Origin: Candidatus Bathyarchaeota archaeon
Lineage (GTDB): Archaea > Thermoproteota > Bathyarchaeia > Bathyarchaeales > Bathycorpusculaceae
DNA: 64,000 nucleotides
Direction of reading: 5' to 3'
Assembly (NCBI GenBank): GCA_963832745.1
Contig: CAWHVC010000003.1
Location: 128,001 to 192,000, forward strand
Part shown: piece after piece, positions 48,332 to 59,423 of the stretch
Position numbering within the stretch: position 1 is the stretch's first letter
How the letters are laid out: each line of letters begins with the position of its first letter
Position numbers and translations under genes: made by a program
Notes under the pieces: model-generated
Databases searched by the model: none
Told to the model about the DNA's origin: nothing
Seen by the model: the letters and a program-made list of their open reading frames with translations, nothing else

Positions 48332-49636
48332 ATGCATAAGCAATTCACAGTTTCACTTATCGCAATCATTTTTACTTTAACAATTACCAGCATAATCGCT
48401 GTCTCCGTCGAGCCAGCTAAAGCTGAAACGGGCAAAACCATAAGGGTCCCACAAGACTTTCCCAGCATAAACGCCGCAGTAGGCAATGCTTCACAGGGGG
48501 ACACCATATTTGTGAAAGGCGGAGTTTACACTGAAAAATTGGTTATTGATAAGCAATTGTCGCTTGTGGGCGAGGATGAAGCTTTAACCGTTATTGATGG
48601 GGGCGGAGAGGGAACAGTTGTTTGGATAAACGTTGACAATGTTACCTTAAGCGGATTTACCATAAGAAATAGTGGTGACAACTTTACGGACAGCGGCATC
48701 TATGTCAACAGCTCCAAAAGCGCAACTCTTTCGGGCAATACGGTTACCAGCAACAACATCGGAGTTTATCTTGCTGAGTCTCCTAAAAGCCTGCTCAGAG
48801 ACAACGCTTTAGAGGGCAACAAGTTCAATTTTGGCGTTTACAGCAGCAATTTTGACGGCTACATCCAAGACATTGACCAGTCGAACACTGTGGAAGGCAA
48901 ACCGATGGTTTATTGGGTAAATACAGAAGACAAACAAGCCCCATCCAACGCGGGGTATATTGCTGTTGTGAATTGCACCGACATAACGGTTTCCAGCGTG
49001 GTTTTAGAGAAGAACTGGCAAAACCTACTGTTTGCCTACACCAACAACTCCAAAATCACAAACGTGACAAGCACACTAGGCGAGGACAGTCTTTGGCTAA
49101 TAGACAGCCATAACTGCAACCTACAAAACAGCAACATAACAGGAAACATTTGGGGCGGCACAGCTCTTGTTAACACTTCAAACTGCACAGTTCAAGGCAA
49201 CACTTTCAAGGCCAACGGCGGCTATGGTTTGTTTCTGTCAGATTCTTCAGGTAACCTGTTTTACCATAACAACTTCATATCTAACCCTCACCAAGCATGG
49301 CTCTATGGTCAAAACAGTAACAGTTGGGACAATGGTTACCCAAGCGGTGGAAACTATTGGAATAATTACACGGGCGTGGACCAAAAAAAAGGTCCCAACC
49401 AGAATGAAACGGGAAGCGATGGCATCGGTGATACCCCAGTTTACTTAGGGCAGGACAACGTTGATAATTACCCATTGATGACTCCATGGACCCAGCAGCC
49501 AAATGTGCCTGTCGTGATACCCATAGAGTTTTCAGTAACCGGAATAATTGCAGTAACCGTCATACTTGCCATTTTCATAGTTTACTTCGCGAAAAAGTGG
49601 TCAACAAAAAAGCAAGCAGCAAAAGAGGAAAAATAA
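48332..49636 (+). CDS. Secreted NosD/CASH parallel beta-helix protein with C-terminal anchor
   Basis: IRVPQDFPSI, Asn-rich repeats, GGNYW, DGIGD, DNYPL, TM. Confidence 0.85.
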   Translation: MHKQFTVSLIAIIFTLTITSIIAVSVEPAKAETGKTIRVPQDFPSINAAVGNASQGDTIFVKGGVYTEKLVIDKQLSLVGEDEALTVIDGGGEGTVVWINVDNVTLSGFTIRNSGDNFTDSGIYVNSSKSATLSGNTVTSNNIGVYLAESPKSLLRDNALEGNKFNFGVYSSNFDGYIQDIDQSNTVEGKPMVYWVNTEDKQAPSNAGYIAVVNCTDITVSSVVLEKNWQNLLFAYTNNSKITNVTSTLGEDSLWLIDSHNCNLQNSNITGNIWGGTALVNTSNCTVQGNTFKANGGYGLFLSDSSGNLFYHNNFISNPHQAWLYGQNSNSWDNGYPSGGNYWNNYTGVDQKKGPNQNETGSDGIGDTPVYLGQDNVDNYPLMTPWTQQPNVPVVIPIEFSVTGIIAVTVILAIFIVYFAKKWSTKKQAAKEEK

Positions 49637-49638
49637 AA

Positions 49639-50343
49639 ATGGCTATACAAACGCTTAAAAAATATTCAAACGTGATATGGTTTGTTATTATAGCAGTGGT
49701 TTTTTCGCTTTTCTTGTACTGGATAAGCGTGGCTGTTTACGGGTTTGGCGACTGGCTTTTTCTTTCAATCAACATAGTATTTTTTGCGGTTTTTTTGGCG
49801 TTTATTCAGTTCCGGCGAAAAATAGCTCGTTTGCCGGCAAGCGCCACTTTAGCGTTTATTGTTGCCTTGTATTTTGAAATGTACGGTGTTCCTTTAACTG
49901 CGTACTTTTTCACGTGGGCGCTTGGTTACGATAGAGTCTACATGCTAGAGTACCTACTCACAGGCGTAATTGGCGTTGAAGCATTCACGATTCTTTTTCA
50001 CTGGTTTATTTTGCCCGTTTCAAACATCCTCATGCTTGCGGGGCTGCTGTTGATTGTGTTTGGCTGGAGAAAAATTCATCAAGCCAAAGGCACACATATG
50101 GTAAAAGACGGTATCTACCATTACATCCGTCACCCACAATATCTGGGCTTCCTAATGCTAACGCTAGGTATGAACATCCAATACACAACCATTCCGACAC
50201 TGTTGATGTGGCCACTCCTCATTATCCTGTACTACCGACTGGCAAGGCAGGAAGAACAGGAAGTTTCAGAAAAGTTTGGGCAAGAGTACGAACAATACAA
50301 AAAGGAAACACCCATGTTTTTCCCACATTTAAGAAAAAAATGA
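49639..50343 (+). CDS. Isoprenylcysteine carboxyl methyltransferase-family membrane protein
   Basis: EMYGVPLT, GIY.YIRHPQY, EE...FG.EY..Y. Confidence 0.85.
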   Translation: MAIQTLKKYSNVIWFVIIAVVFSLFLYWISVAVYGFGDWLFLSINIVFFAVFLAFIQFRRKIARLPASATLAFIVALYFEMYGVPLTAYFFTWALGYDRVYMLEYLLTGVIGVEAFTILFHWFILPVSNILMLAGLLLIVFGWRKIHQAKGTHMVKDGIYHYIRHPQYLGFLMLTLGMNIQYTTIPTLLMWPLLIILYYRLARQEEQEVSEKFGQEYEQYKKETPMFFPHLRKK

Positions 50344-50942
50344 GGAAACTAACAGCAGTCACTCTAGCATTCACTGCAGTATTTATTATTGTAATGTCAA
50401 GCTCTTTCGCCAGCGCAAGCATCAACACGCTACACATCGACTTAGACATCGCAAAATCCACCATCACCCCTTATGAAAAACAGCAAATCACCACCATAGT
50501 CAACGAAAAAGGCGTAGGAATCGTATTTGTTATTCAGCCAGCACAAGGCCCAGCTTGGACAGACTTCTTAAATGAACATCCAGACTTGAGAGCTTTGTGG
50601 GTTCTTGCTCCTGATGACGTAAAAGCCCAAATACAAGCAGCAGTTGGAAACAAAATTGTTTCTTACGCAATTGTCAACTTTGACGACGCAGGATCTAAAA
50701 CGTTGAATTTTGAAACTGACTTTACAGGCATTAACGGGGCACCAAGCACAGGTTTAATAGGAGAATACAAAGTGTTCTTTGCATACGTGTCATTTGAGCC
50801 ATGGTATTGCATGGAAACAGGTTTTGCTTGTGGCGCATGGAACGTTGTCCCTGAAGTGCCGCTTGGAACAGCAATGGCGGCTGTCTCAATGATTGCAGCA
50901 GTAGGCTTCTTAAAGTATAAAAACAAAATTTCTAAGCTTTAA
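50340..50942 (+). CDS. Secreted protein with PEF-CTERM-like sorting signal
   Basis: Signal peptide; VVPEVP + TM + basic tail. Confidence 0.7.
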   Translation: MRKLTAVTLAFTAVFIIVMSSSFASASINTLHIDLDIAKSTITPYEKQQITTIVNEKGVGIVFVIQPAQGPAWTDFLNEHPDLRALWVLAPDDVKAQIQAAVGNKIVSYAIVNFDDAGSKTLNFETDFTGINGAPSTGLIGEYKVFFAYVSFEPWYCMETGFACGAWNVVPEVPLGTAMAAVSMIAAVGFLKYKNKISKL

Positions 50943-51085
50943 TTTTTTTATTTATTTTTTATTTTTTAGGCATAATTTTGTTTTTAGGTAATTTTATTGT
51001 GTATTTGTTTTCTACAATTTGTTTTATTAGACATGTTTTGGAAAGTTTTTTTAAAGGCTTTCTTTGAAAGTTGTTTGGTGGTTAG

Positions 51086-51583
51086 TTGAGAGGCAAGCAG
51101 TGGTCAGTTGAAGAAGAACGGCAATTGCGTGAACTTGTTAAGGAAGGCAAAAGTTTGGAGGAAATTTCACAGAATATGGGTAAGTCTGTTCTTTCTGTGA
51201 AAGGTAAATTGCATAATTTGGGTTTAAATAAGTTACGAGTTGGTCGGAGTTTCTGGGGTACAGGTGCAACAACAACTGTTGCAACAACTACTTCTTCTGA
51301 AGCTTCGGCTTCGGTTAATGGGGCGGTTTTTGGTGGTATTGCTTTAAAATTGAAGCAAAAGTTGTCTACTCTTGAAGAAAATGCTAAGCGTCTTGATGCA
51401 GCAAATGCTTTGTTAACAGATCCAAATGTTAATCTTAGTCGTACTGATGTGCAAAGACTGCATGCTGCTGTTTTGGGTACTAAGACTTATCATGAAGTTT
51501 ATGTGAAGTATGTGCAGTATCGCAAGTTAGAGGAAGAGGTTGCGGAGTTGAAACGGAAGCTTGCGGAAGAAAAAGATCAATAA
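51086..51583 (+). CDS. HTH (Myb-like) + coiled-coil protein, candidate terminase small subunit
   Basis: WSVEEERQL...SLEEISQNMGKS..SV; overlaps the TerL start. Confidence 0.65.
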   Translation: MRGKQWSVEEERQLRELVKEGKSLEEISQNMGKSVLSVKGKLHNLGLNKLRVGRSFWGTGATTTVATTTSSEASASVNGAVFGGIALKLKQKLSTLEENAKRLDAANALLTDPNVNLSRTDVQRLHAAVLGTKTYHEVYVKYVQYRKLEEEVAELKRKLAEEKDQ

Positions 51584-53021
51584 ATCTGGGGTTGATCGTC
51601 GTAGTTTGCGTGTTGATGAGTTGATGGCGCAATGGAAGGGGCTTAGGGATGATTACCGTGCTCATCATGAAGCCAGAGTTGCTAAGGTTGAAGCAGCACG
51701 CGGTAATGCAGCATTGTTTTTTAGGGCGATTTGTCGTTTGGAGCTTTTTTGGTACCAGCTTGAGCTTGCTGAATTGTATAAGCAGAACCAGTTTATTGCT
51801 GTTAGGTGGCCAAGACAGACTGGTAAAAGCACTTTTATTGGTGGGCTGCTTTTGCAGGATGCTTATGAGAATGCTGATTTAAATATTGGTTTTGTTGGTC
51901 CTAGTTGGCGCCAGACTAAGCTGAATCTTCGTAGAATTGCAGGTTTTTGCCGCAATTTGCCTTCGGGAAGCTGTCATGTACAAAAAACCAGGCTAAGCTT
52001 TAGTAACGGCTCAGTTATAGAGGCTTTTCCTAACAACCCTGAAACCATTAGGGGCAATACTTTTCACAGGTTATGGTGGGATGAAACTAACTTTACAGCT
52101 GGCGACGAGAACTTGTATGATGCTATCTTGTTTACTTTAGGCACAACAAACGGAAAGTTAGTTGCTAGCAGTACTCCGTTTAGTAGTGATTCGCTGTTTT
52201 GGAAAATGTGTAATCACAAAAAATTTCAAGATTTTGCTCGTCATCATTTTAGTTGGGAGAGGGCTTTGGTGCCTAATGGTCCGTTATCTTCTGAGATGAT
52301 TAAGCGAATACAGCTTCAGTTTGGTGATGACCAGCAGCGTTGGCGTCGTGAAATGGAGGCTGAATGGGCTGAGGATGAGGATGTTTGGTTGCCCCAGAGC
52401 CTGATTGTATCTTGTGTGGGTACCGAAAAAACTTGCGGTAACGATCTTGAAATGTACAATCCAGAAACACGTTGCAGCGGAGAGTTTTTTGCTGGTTTAG
52501 ATCTTGCACAGACTAAAGACTACTGCGTTTTTAGTGTCGTCGAGCGGTTAAATGATAAGCTTTTTTTGAGGCATTTGAAGATTTTTTCTCAACCTACCAA
52601 GTACGCGCATGTTTTAGGTTACATTAAGATGCTACAGGATCGCTGGAATGGTTTTGAGAAAATCAGGGTCGATTTCACCAGGGAGGGACCAAGCTTTATT
52701 GCCGATATGGAGACTGCAGGCATCGAAAACGCAGAAGGCGTAAACTTTAGCCTTCCACGTAAAAGTGAAATGGCTAGCTTGTTAAAACAGCGTATGATGA
52801 ATCAGCGTTTCTATTATCCCCTGTTTGGCTGGGAGAAGCCCTACAAATGTGATGTCTGTAGTGAGTTAAATATTGAAAGATATCAGCTACGAAATGACGG
52901 CAATATTAGCTTTGGTCACCCCAATGGAACGCATGATGACGTATTTTGGAGTATAGCTTTGGCAGTGTATGGAACTGCTGAAATGCAACCAGAACCATTC
53001 TTAGCCGTGATACCCCGATAA
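51561..53021 (+). CDS. Terminase large subunit (ATPase + RNase H-like nuclease)
   Basis: LFWYQ adenine-binding motif, RQTGKST Walker A, WWDE Walker B, SSTP coupling motif, GLDLA / RVD / HDD nuclease acidic residues. Confidence 0.9.
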   Translation: MRKKKINKSGVDRRSLRVDELMAQWKGLRDDYRAHHEARVAKVEAARGNAALFFRAICRLELFWYQLELAELYKQNQFIAVRWPRQTGKSTFIGGLLLQDAYENADLNIGFVGPSWRQTKLNLRRIAGFCRNLPSGSCHVQKTRLSFSNGSVIEAFPNNPETIRGNTFHRLWWDETNFTAGDENLYDAILFTLGTTNGKLVASSTPFSSDSLFWKMCNHKKFQDFARHHFSWERALVPNGPLSSEMIKRIQLQFGDDQQRWRREMEAEWAEDEDVWLPQSLIVSCVGTEKTCGNDLEMYNPETRCSGEFFAGLDLAQTKDYCVFSVVERLNDKLFLRHLKIFSQPTKYAHVLGYIKMLQDRWNGFEKIRVDFTREGPSFIADMETAGIENAEGVNFSLPRKSEMASLLKQRMMNQRFYYPLFGWEKPYKCDVCSELNIERYQLRNDGNISFGHPNGTHDDVFWSIALAVYGTAEMQPEPFLAVIPR

Positions 53022-53073
53022 AATCTATAAAAACATGCTGTCTGTTCAGTTGGCGATTCCTTATTGTTAATTG

Positions 53074-53152
53074 TGGTGCGGTCGCCGGGATTTGAACCCG
53101 GGATCATTAGCTTGGAAGGCTAAAGTCCTAAACCAGACTAGACGACAACCGC
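53074..53152 (-). tRNA. tRNA-Gly(UCC), CCA encoded, no intron
   Basis: Acceptor GCGGTTG/CGACCGC, anticodon arm TTAGC-CTTCCAA-GCTAA, T-loop GGTTCAAATCC. Confidence 0.96.
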
Positions 53153-53274
53153 CCAGATTGTGCAGAGCAGGCATTGCGCTTTTTGTTCAGTGCATTAGGC
53201 AGACAAATAGCTTGAGTTTTTAATAAATCTTTCAGAACAACTGTTAACAAGATTGCAGTAAAGCACTTTCTTTT

Positions 53275-55317
53275 TTAGTTAAGAGGGGTTGGTCTCATTT
53301 TTTTGTGTTTAAGAATTAAAACACAACCCGCAATTAATACAGCAGCCACAATAATTGCAGCGTAGATTGCCCAGTTTTCAATGGATTCATTCGGTTGGTT
53401 AATGGCTGAATTAATGTTAACAATTACTTGGTGTGAACTGTGATGGTAGGTGAAATGTAAAAGCCAAGAGTCTTCAACTGGCAACACATTGCAGTCCAAG
53501 TTGTTATTGTCCAAATAAACTTGGATGCTTGAAGCGTCCTGCACCAAGGCTTTAGCTACATAAACGTCTGCAAACCCAAAAGTTCCTGATTCTCCAGTTA
53601 CTGTGAAGCTTAATTCTTTGCTTGTAGAGTTAAAACTAAGACTTGAAACCGTAGAGTTTGAGGCTACTGAGAAAATGTTCTGTTGGTCATACTGTGTAAC
53701 AGCCAAATTTACTATCGTGCTTGTTTCTGGATAGGTATTGTCGCCTTCAAAAACGGCTTTCAATAGATAGTTTCCTGTAACAGAGGGTAGCCAACTGACT
53801 GAAAACGAACCGTCAGAAGCGGTGTTGACAAGGGTAAGGTCTTGATAGGATTTTCCACCGTTAACACTGTAGGACAATAAAATTGGTTGATTTGCTAATG
53901 CAGTTTCATTCTGGACCAGATTTCCTTTTATTGCTACATTAAAGCCTGAATAAGAAGTTGAGCTTACGCAGGAAACAAATAGCGTTGTAGAATTCGGATT
54001 AGCTATTGGTGTAGGTGTTGGAGTTTGAGTTGGTGCGGGGGTGGGGCTGGTGTTTGGTTTAGGTGTTGGGGTTGGGGTTTCGGTTGGGTTTGGTATGGGG
54101 GTTGGGCTGACATTTGGAGTAGTTATTGGAGTTTGAGAAGGATTTGGAGAGGGAGCTGGAGTGGGTGAAGGAGAAGGTGAGGGAGTAGGGATTGGTGTTG
54201 GAACTGGAGAAGGAACATATGTTGATGAAGGAAAAGGCGTGAGGCCACCAATACCTGCGGAAGTACTTACATATGGAGGTGCTTGCATGTTAGAGGACGT
54301 TAAAAAGGGCAGATAAATCACTGGACCAAAAGTGTAATTTTCAAAGTGAATTGTCTTGTTTATTTCCTGTTCATTATTTGTTCCCCACCAGTTACCAGTG
54401 GCATCAAGTTCTATTGAACGATTAGAGAATACATTGTAAAAGTTGCCGTAAATATTGTTATCAAAGATTGTGGGGGTAGAGTTTGTCTGTGGCGGATATA
54501 GGGAGTTATACAGAAAAGAAATTCCCTGCATGTTTTCTGTTATGAAATTGTTTTTGATAGTTGCGTTGGAACCTCTCATGATTCTGATGCCAAATTCGCT
54601 ACCTCTAATGAAATTGCCTTGAATAAGTGATAGGTCGGTTCCGCCGCTTTGAAGGTTTATTCCAGTGGCACCATAAATTTGGCTGTTTAAATTATTAATA
54701 ATGTTGTTAGTAATGATTGCCTTGATTGTTGTTTCTGAATTAACAGTAACTCCTATTCCAACACCGCCAGTGAAAACATTGTTTGAAATTATTGGAGCAC
54801 ACTGTCCTCCATTGGGCATGGAAAATAGTGAAATGTAAACGCTTGTTAGGTCGCAATTAGCTATTTTTAATGAGACACCTTCTACTTGGATTAGAGCCAT
54901 TTTGATGTTACAGTTTTCCAGAATTGTTCCTGTTTGCGTTTGTTCATTCCAATCTGTGTTGAAGCCGCCAAATTTGATGAAATTTATATTTGACCCGTAA
55001 GTATTGCCTAAACCGATAATCCGAATGGGATCGCTAACAGTTCCTACAGCAGAAAAGACACCCTCAACGTCGAAACAATAACCGTTAAGATTAACTGTTG
55101 TTCCAGGCTCAACAGTAAGTTTAACTCCTTGACTTAGAACTACGTTGCCTGCGAAGGTATAGGGGCTGCCTGTTTTAGTCCATACAGCATCTTGGCTGAT
55201 AACTCCATTAACGTTTGTTGTAGTTTGTGCTTCCACGTTTCTTGAATAAAGGGTAACAAAACCAATGGTTGAAGAAATTAGAAGGAACAACAAGAGAACG
55301 GCAGGCAATTTTTTCAT
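53275..55317 (-). CDS. Secreted beta-helix surface protein with PT-rich linker and TM anchor
   Basis: [16 protein letters not shown], long PS/PT repeats, C-terminal TM. Confidence 0.85.
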   Translation of the reverse strand: MKKLPAVLLLFLLISSTIGFVTLYSRNVEAQTTTNVNGVISQDAVWTKTGSPYTFAGNVVLSQGVKLTVEPGTTVNLNGYCFDVEGVFSAVGTVSDPIRIIGLGNTYGSNINFIKFGGFNTDWNEQTQTGTILENCNIKMALIQVEGVSLKIANCDLTSVYISLFSMPNGGQCAPIISNNVFTGGVGIGVTVNSETTIKAIITNNIINNLNSQIYGATGINLQSGGTDLSLIQGNFIRGSEFGIRIMRGSNATIKNNFITENMQGISFLYNSLYPPQTNSTPTIFDNNIYGNFYNVFSNRSIELDATGNWWGTNNEQEINKTIHFENYTFGPVIYLPFLTSSNMQAPPYVSTSAGIGGLTPFPSSTYVPSPVPTPIPTPSPSPSPTPAPSPNPSQTPITTPNVSPTPIPNPTETPTPTPKPNTSPTPAPTQTPTPTPIANPNSTTLFVSCVSSTSYSGFNVAIKGNLVQNETALANQPILLSYSVNGGKSYQDLTLVNTASDGSFSVSWLPSVTGNYLLKAVFEGDNTYPETSTIVNLAVTQYDQQNIFSVASNSTVSSLSFNSTSKELSFTVTGESGTFGFADVYVAKALVQDASSIQVYLDNNNLDCNVLPVEDSWLLHFTYHHSSHQVIVNINSAINQPNESIENWAIYAAIIVAAVLIAGCVLILKHKKMRPTPLN

Positions 55318-55640
55318 GATATCTCACTATTGAAGACTCTACTGGTAAGTTGTTTGCCGAAGTATTTTAATCTAGTTAAAAATCAACGATTATTATCAAT
55401 AAATCATTGAAAAGCAGCAAAATGTACAGTAGAAACCCTAAATCTTAACTTTTTGTGGCACACTGTTTGGTACTTGACAATTATTTAACAATCCTTTTAG
55501 GAGCTTGGGATAAAACCTAACAAGTTGATTATGAGTGGGTGCTTGAATTTGTCCTAAGCCTGACTAAACCAAAAACTGCTCAGGTCAAGTTATAGCCTAA
55601 GCGAAATTTTGAGCACATTCTATAGTTGTTGAGTGTGTAG

Positions 55641-56447
55641 CTATTTCTTAGGGTTCTCGTCTGTCCATATTGGAATGCAAACGCCAAATGCCCTGTTTAA
55701 CGGTTCAGTTGCATGTAAAGCGATAACTTTACGTTTGTCGAACCAGAAGCATTGCACCGCAGAAAAACAGTTCTTGTCATAACTGCTTGGGTAAAAGTAG
55801 CCTTTTCCTGACATTTTAATGTCTTTGTCAACAGGTATAACCTTGAAGTCTTCAAAGTAACCCTCCTTAGTTGGTGCGTCATCTTGGATTTTTTGTCCCA
55901 CTGCGTATCGAGTTTGGAATAGCTTTTTGTTTTCTGAACTCATACAGCCATGCTCTAATATATTGTAATCAAAATCTGTGAAGATCTCGTCAGGCGTTTG
56001 CTCGTTTTTGTCAATAAACATTGCGTTGGAAACTTGTCTGACTTCAGTAAAGCATTTATTTTTAGCAATTAACTCGGAAGTATAAATGAAAAATTTACTA
56101 AGTACTCTTTCTAGATATGTCTGGCCTTCTTTGCTGAAGGCTAATTCAAAATTTTCTTTAAACGAACCAAGTCTCATTTTGAGACCTAAACGGTTTGTTA
56201 AACTTTCCTGTAACACTATTTGTTCAGGAAAGTTGAGATGAGTCAAGTGTGTTTTTTCGTCAGTAAAAAATCCCAGTGCCCTCTGGGCAGTTAAAACGTT
56301 AGGGTAAACCCATGAATCGCCGAAACGGATGAATTTTGAGTTATCTAAAGGTTCAACATAGCCAGCTAAATAATCGATGCGTAAAAGTACGTTATTGGCG
56401 GTTTCATTTAGTTCCTGTTCTTCTGTATGTTCGATGTGAGAAGGCAT
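55641..56447 (-). CDS. Hypothetical protein
   Basis: 268-aa ORF, no recognised motif. Confidence 0.65.
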   Translation of the reverse strand: MPSHIEHTEEQELNETANNVLLRIDYLAGYVEPLDNSKFIRFGDSWVYPNVLTAQRALGFFTDEKTHLTHLNFPEQIVLQESLTNRLGLKMRLGSFKENFELAFSKEGQTYLERVLSKFFIYTSELIAKNKCFTEVRQVSNAMFIDKNEQTPDEIFTDFDYNILEHGCMSSENKKLFQTRYAVGQKIQDDAPTKEGYFEDFKVIPVDKDIKMSGKGYFYPSSYDKNCFSAVQCFWFDKRKVIALHATEPLNRAFGVCIPIWTDENPKK

Positions 56448-56662
56448 TGTAATTATTATTTACCATTTTTAATTTAACATTTACTTATATTTCCTACTTA
56501 CATACGAAGGTTAATTAATTGAGTAACTGGAAAGTTCAATTGCGCCCGAACTTAAAACAATGGTGCACATATTTTAACAGAAAATCACCCTAAAAAATCC
56601 GGTAGCAAAGAGAAGGGTATATCTTGCACAAAAATCCTATGCTTTAGTTTACCTAAGTCAGA

Positions 56663-56944
56663 GTGAAAGTTATGTGTCCAGAAATGCACAAAGTTCCCGG
56701 TAACCGCATCAAAGTTCTAACCAAAGACGCAAAACAGATGGTTAACGGACCATACTATTGTCCAAAATGCAGAAAAGAGCTCCTGCAAATTTTAGGAAAC
56801 GTAGATAAAAAAGAAGTTTATGCTGTCTGCAAATGCGGAGTAAATCAACAATTAACTTATGCACCAGTTTTCCAGCCAATCGACTACTACAACAAGTTCC
56901 GAGACATCTGGAAAAAACAAACATACGGCATAATCAAACGTTAA
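56663..56944 (+). CDS. Elf1-like Zn-ribbon protein
   Basis: YYCPKC...AVCKCG...QPIDYYNKFRD resembles the archaeal Elf1 pattern. Confidence 0.55.
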   Translation: MKVMCPEMHKVPGNRIKVLTKDAKQMVNGPYYCPKCRKELLQILGNVDKKEVYAVCKCGVNQQLTYAPVFQPIDYYNKFRDIWKKQTYGIIKR

Positions 56945-57054
56945 TTTTTCTTTTTATTTTCATTTTTAATTTTTACTTGTAACGTGACTTGTTTTTGGGG
57001 TATACATAAGCGTTTTAAGCTTTGTATATTCATATACGCTGAAGCGAAACAAGC

Positions 57055-58137
57055 ATGACAATGCCTAATAAGCAAGTTTTAGCAAGTGTTTTGTTAATGC
57101 TGTTTTTGATGGCTTATACTTTTACAGTTCAACCAGTTTCTGCTCAGAGCGATGTTGTCGTCAAAAATTTTGAGTGGGACTACGATGGCAGGCATTGGAC
57201 TTGGAACCTTAGTATTCCAACAGGTTTGTATAACCAATATCAGACGGTTGATGTTTCGGAACGTGTTCAAACCGGTTTGAAGGGTTACGGCTTTCTTACA
57301 ACTACTAACGATATTTACATTAAGGCGTTGGCTGAAAAGTTGAACCAGACCGCCACTGAGTTGGGTTATAACTCGTATGAGACTATATCTTTTGTTCTTG
57401 CTTTTGTACAGAGTTTACCTTACACTTCTGACTCGGTTACCTCAGGATTTGATGAATACCCAAGATTTCCTGTTGAAACCTTAGTTGATGGCGGCGGCGA
57501 TTGTGAAGATACAGCTATTCTTTTTGCTACAATAACTTTGATTTTACATTACGGTACAGTTTATCTTAACCCGCCAAACCATTGTGCTGTAGGCATTTTA
57601 GGCAATGGCCTTCCTGGTTACTACTTAAGCTATCATAACCAAACATATTATTACTGTGAAACAACTGGCAACGGTTTTGAAATCGGTGAAATGCCTAAAG
57701 AATATCAAGACGTCAAGATGGCAATTTATGAAATAAATACCGCTTACCAGTATAACCCATTTTCTGAATTTTTGTTGCCAACAGTAACACCGACACAAAC
57801 CCCCTTGCCTACCTCTTCACCTACGCCTATTCCAACAATAAAAACAACACCGACACCAACAATAGCAACAACACCTAAACTAACAAACACACCAACAAAC
57901 TATTCTGACGGCACAGACGTCGACTTTAACTTTGTACTAATTATCGTTGGATTGGTCTGCATACTATGCGTAGTAATCGCAATCGTGACAAGAAAACCCA
58001 AAAACCCCTCAAACTCGCCAGTTGCAATACCAAACTATCAGAGTAGTTACTTTGAAGGAGTTTACTGTATTCACTGTGGCGAAAAGAACCCTTCTGAAGC
58101 AGTTTTCTGTCGAAGATGCGGAAAGAAAATCGCTTAA
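57055..58137 (+). CDS. Transglutaminase-like cysteine protease domain protein with TM and Zn ribbon
   Basis: FVQSLPY, GGDCED, HCAVG, YCETT; CIHCG..CRRCG. Confidence 0.82.
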   Translation: MTMPNKQVLASVLLMLFLMAYTFTVQPVSAQSDVVVKNFEWDYDGRHWTWNLSIPTGLYNQYQTVDVSERVQTGLKGYGFLTTTNDIYIKALAEKLNQTATELGYNSYETISFVLAFVQSLPYTSDSVTSGFDEYPRFPVETLVDGGGDCEDTAILFATITLILHYGTVYLNPPNHCAVGILGNGLPGYYLSYHNQTYYYCETTGNGFEIGEMPKEYQDVKMAIYEINTAYQYNPFSEFLLPTVTPTQTPLPTSSPTPIPTIKTTPTPTIATTPKLTNTPTNYSDGTDVDFNFVLIIVGLVCILCVVIAIVTRKPKNPSNSPVAIPNYQSSYFEGVYCIHCGEKNPSEAVFCRRCGKKIA

Positions 58138-58661
58138 TCCTTAGACAAAAGGCTTTGAACAAACTTGTCGATGCGTGAACGCGCGTAAAGTGCTATTACG
58201 ATTTCTGCACCGATTATCACTGTAAGAAAACTGGCAAGCAAACGAGTCATCGTTACAAAGAATTCGCCCGCATCGTAATCGATGTAGCTGCCTGCGGAAG
58301 CTATCCAGCTCCAAGTGCTAAACCGCCCCGTATTAAGAAAAGCTGCTAAATCAGTTGACATCCACAAGCATAAACCAACCATTAATACTGACAATACGGT
58401 GCCGATGATTGTGAGGTTTATCCAGTCTTTGCTTAGTTTTGACTGGCAGCTTATTCTGCTTTCTGTCCCTGTTTGGTTTAGAGTGCAGGTGACAACTTTT
58501 TTGGCGCTTTGCGGTGATATGCCCCAAAGTGACCCCTGTTTAACCACCAAACCATCGGGAGGGGCTTCGGACAGGATTTTGCAGCCTTTTTGTTCAAGAT
58601 GAACTTTCAAGTCAGCGTACACGTCAGCAACTGGCAAGTTTATGGTTTGTTCTACCACCAA
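58134..58661 (-). CDS. Hypothetical membrane protein
   Basis: 2 TM segments. Confidence 0.7.
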   Translation of the reverse strand: MVVEQTINLPVADVYADLKVHLEQKGCKILSEAPPDGLVVKQGSLWGISPQSAKKVVTCTLNQTGTESRISCQSKLSKDWINLTIIGTVLSVLMVGLCLWMSTDLAAFLNTGRFSTWSWIASAGSYIDYDAGEFFVTMTRLLASFLTVIIGAEIVIALYARSRIDKFVQSLLSKD

Positions 58662-58696
58662 ATAAGGGCACCCACTTTAAGTTGATGCTTTAGAGG

Positions 58697-59317
58697 TTAT
58701 TGTGGTTTTTTGTCTGACTTATACAGCCGCTTCTCATAATTAGGACGGGAACCGCTCAATCCGCGAAGGGGTTTGCCCATTTGACGTTGACGTTCAAGAT
58801 TTTTAATTCTCGCATACAACTTGGAGACTTTAGTTTTAGAAGGGGGTTTGCGTGCATGGTGCACTGGGACTGGGGTGAAGGGCTGGGTAATTTCCATTTT
58901 TTTATGTTTAATTTTTTGTTTTTGTAGGTCACGGACTTTTTTGAACCAGACCGTGCCTTCTTTAAAGTTAACTTGTTCTACTTCCCAGCCTACTTCAATC
59001 CACGCTTTGCTCTGCGCATTCGTGCCATTGTTGCTCCACCATAACGGGTCACGATACGCTGCCATAGGCAGATTGGTGCCGATTAAGCCGTCGATTCGGG
59101 CAAAAGAAAGCTTTACCATGCTGGTGAAGGCTGCTCGAAACTTGAGATGATTAGTTAAGCCTGAATATTTGGAAGCGTGGCGTGGAGTAACTACTCGGCG
59201 GGCACAGTGAAGGCATAACATAGCGTTGGGGTCGCCAGTGGCAACGTCTGGAGTCATACAGTCGCGGCAAAACATTTTTTTGCAACGTTCGCACTGCCGC
59301 ATGTAAGTTGTACGCAT
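58697..59317 (-). CDS. Zn-finger + conserved SKY..LP..WWSN..AW domain protein
   Basis: CERC..CRDC..CLHC; the reading frame extends upstream (CGICG) without a canonical start. Confidence 0.7.
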   Translation of the reverse strand: MRTTYMRQCERCKKMFCRDCMTPDVATGDPNAMLCLHCARRVVTPRHASKYSGLTNHLKFRAAFTSMVKLSFARIDGLIGTNLPMAAYRDPLWWSNNGTNAQSKAWIEVGWEVEQVNFKEGTVWFKKVRDLQKQKIKHKKMEITQPFTPVPVHHARKPPSKTKVSKLYARIKNLERQRQMGKPLRGLSGSRPNYEKRLYKSDKKPQ

Positions 59318-59423
59318 AACTCTCCCGCAGATTCCGCATTCATCCTTAACGGTAAAAACACCCCTTTAGCAGGAAAAGGAACCTACAATATTTTTGTGAA
59401 TTGTGAATATTAATTTTTAGCTG

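Noticed and set aside
51561-53021. Terminase as part of the DJR provirus
   Set aside because: It is 32 kb away, outside the att sites, and belongs to the HK97 head-tail lineage; the provirus has its own ATPase.
54005-54210. Tandem repeat-like DNA
   Set aside because: Encodes the Pro/Thr/Ser linker of a surface protein; the same applies to 45050-45200 and 57780-57900.
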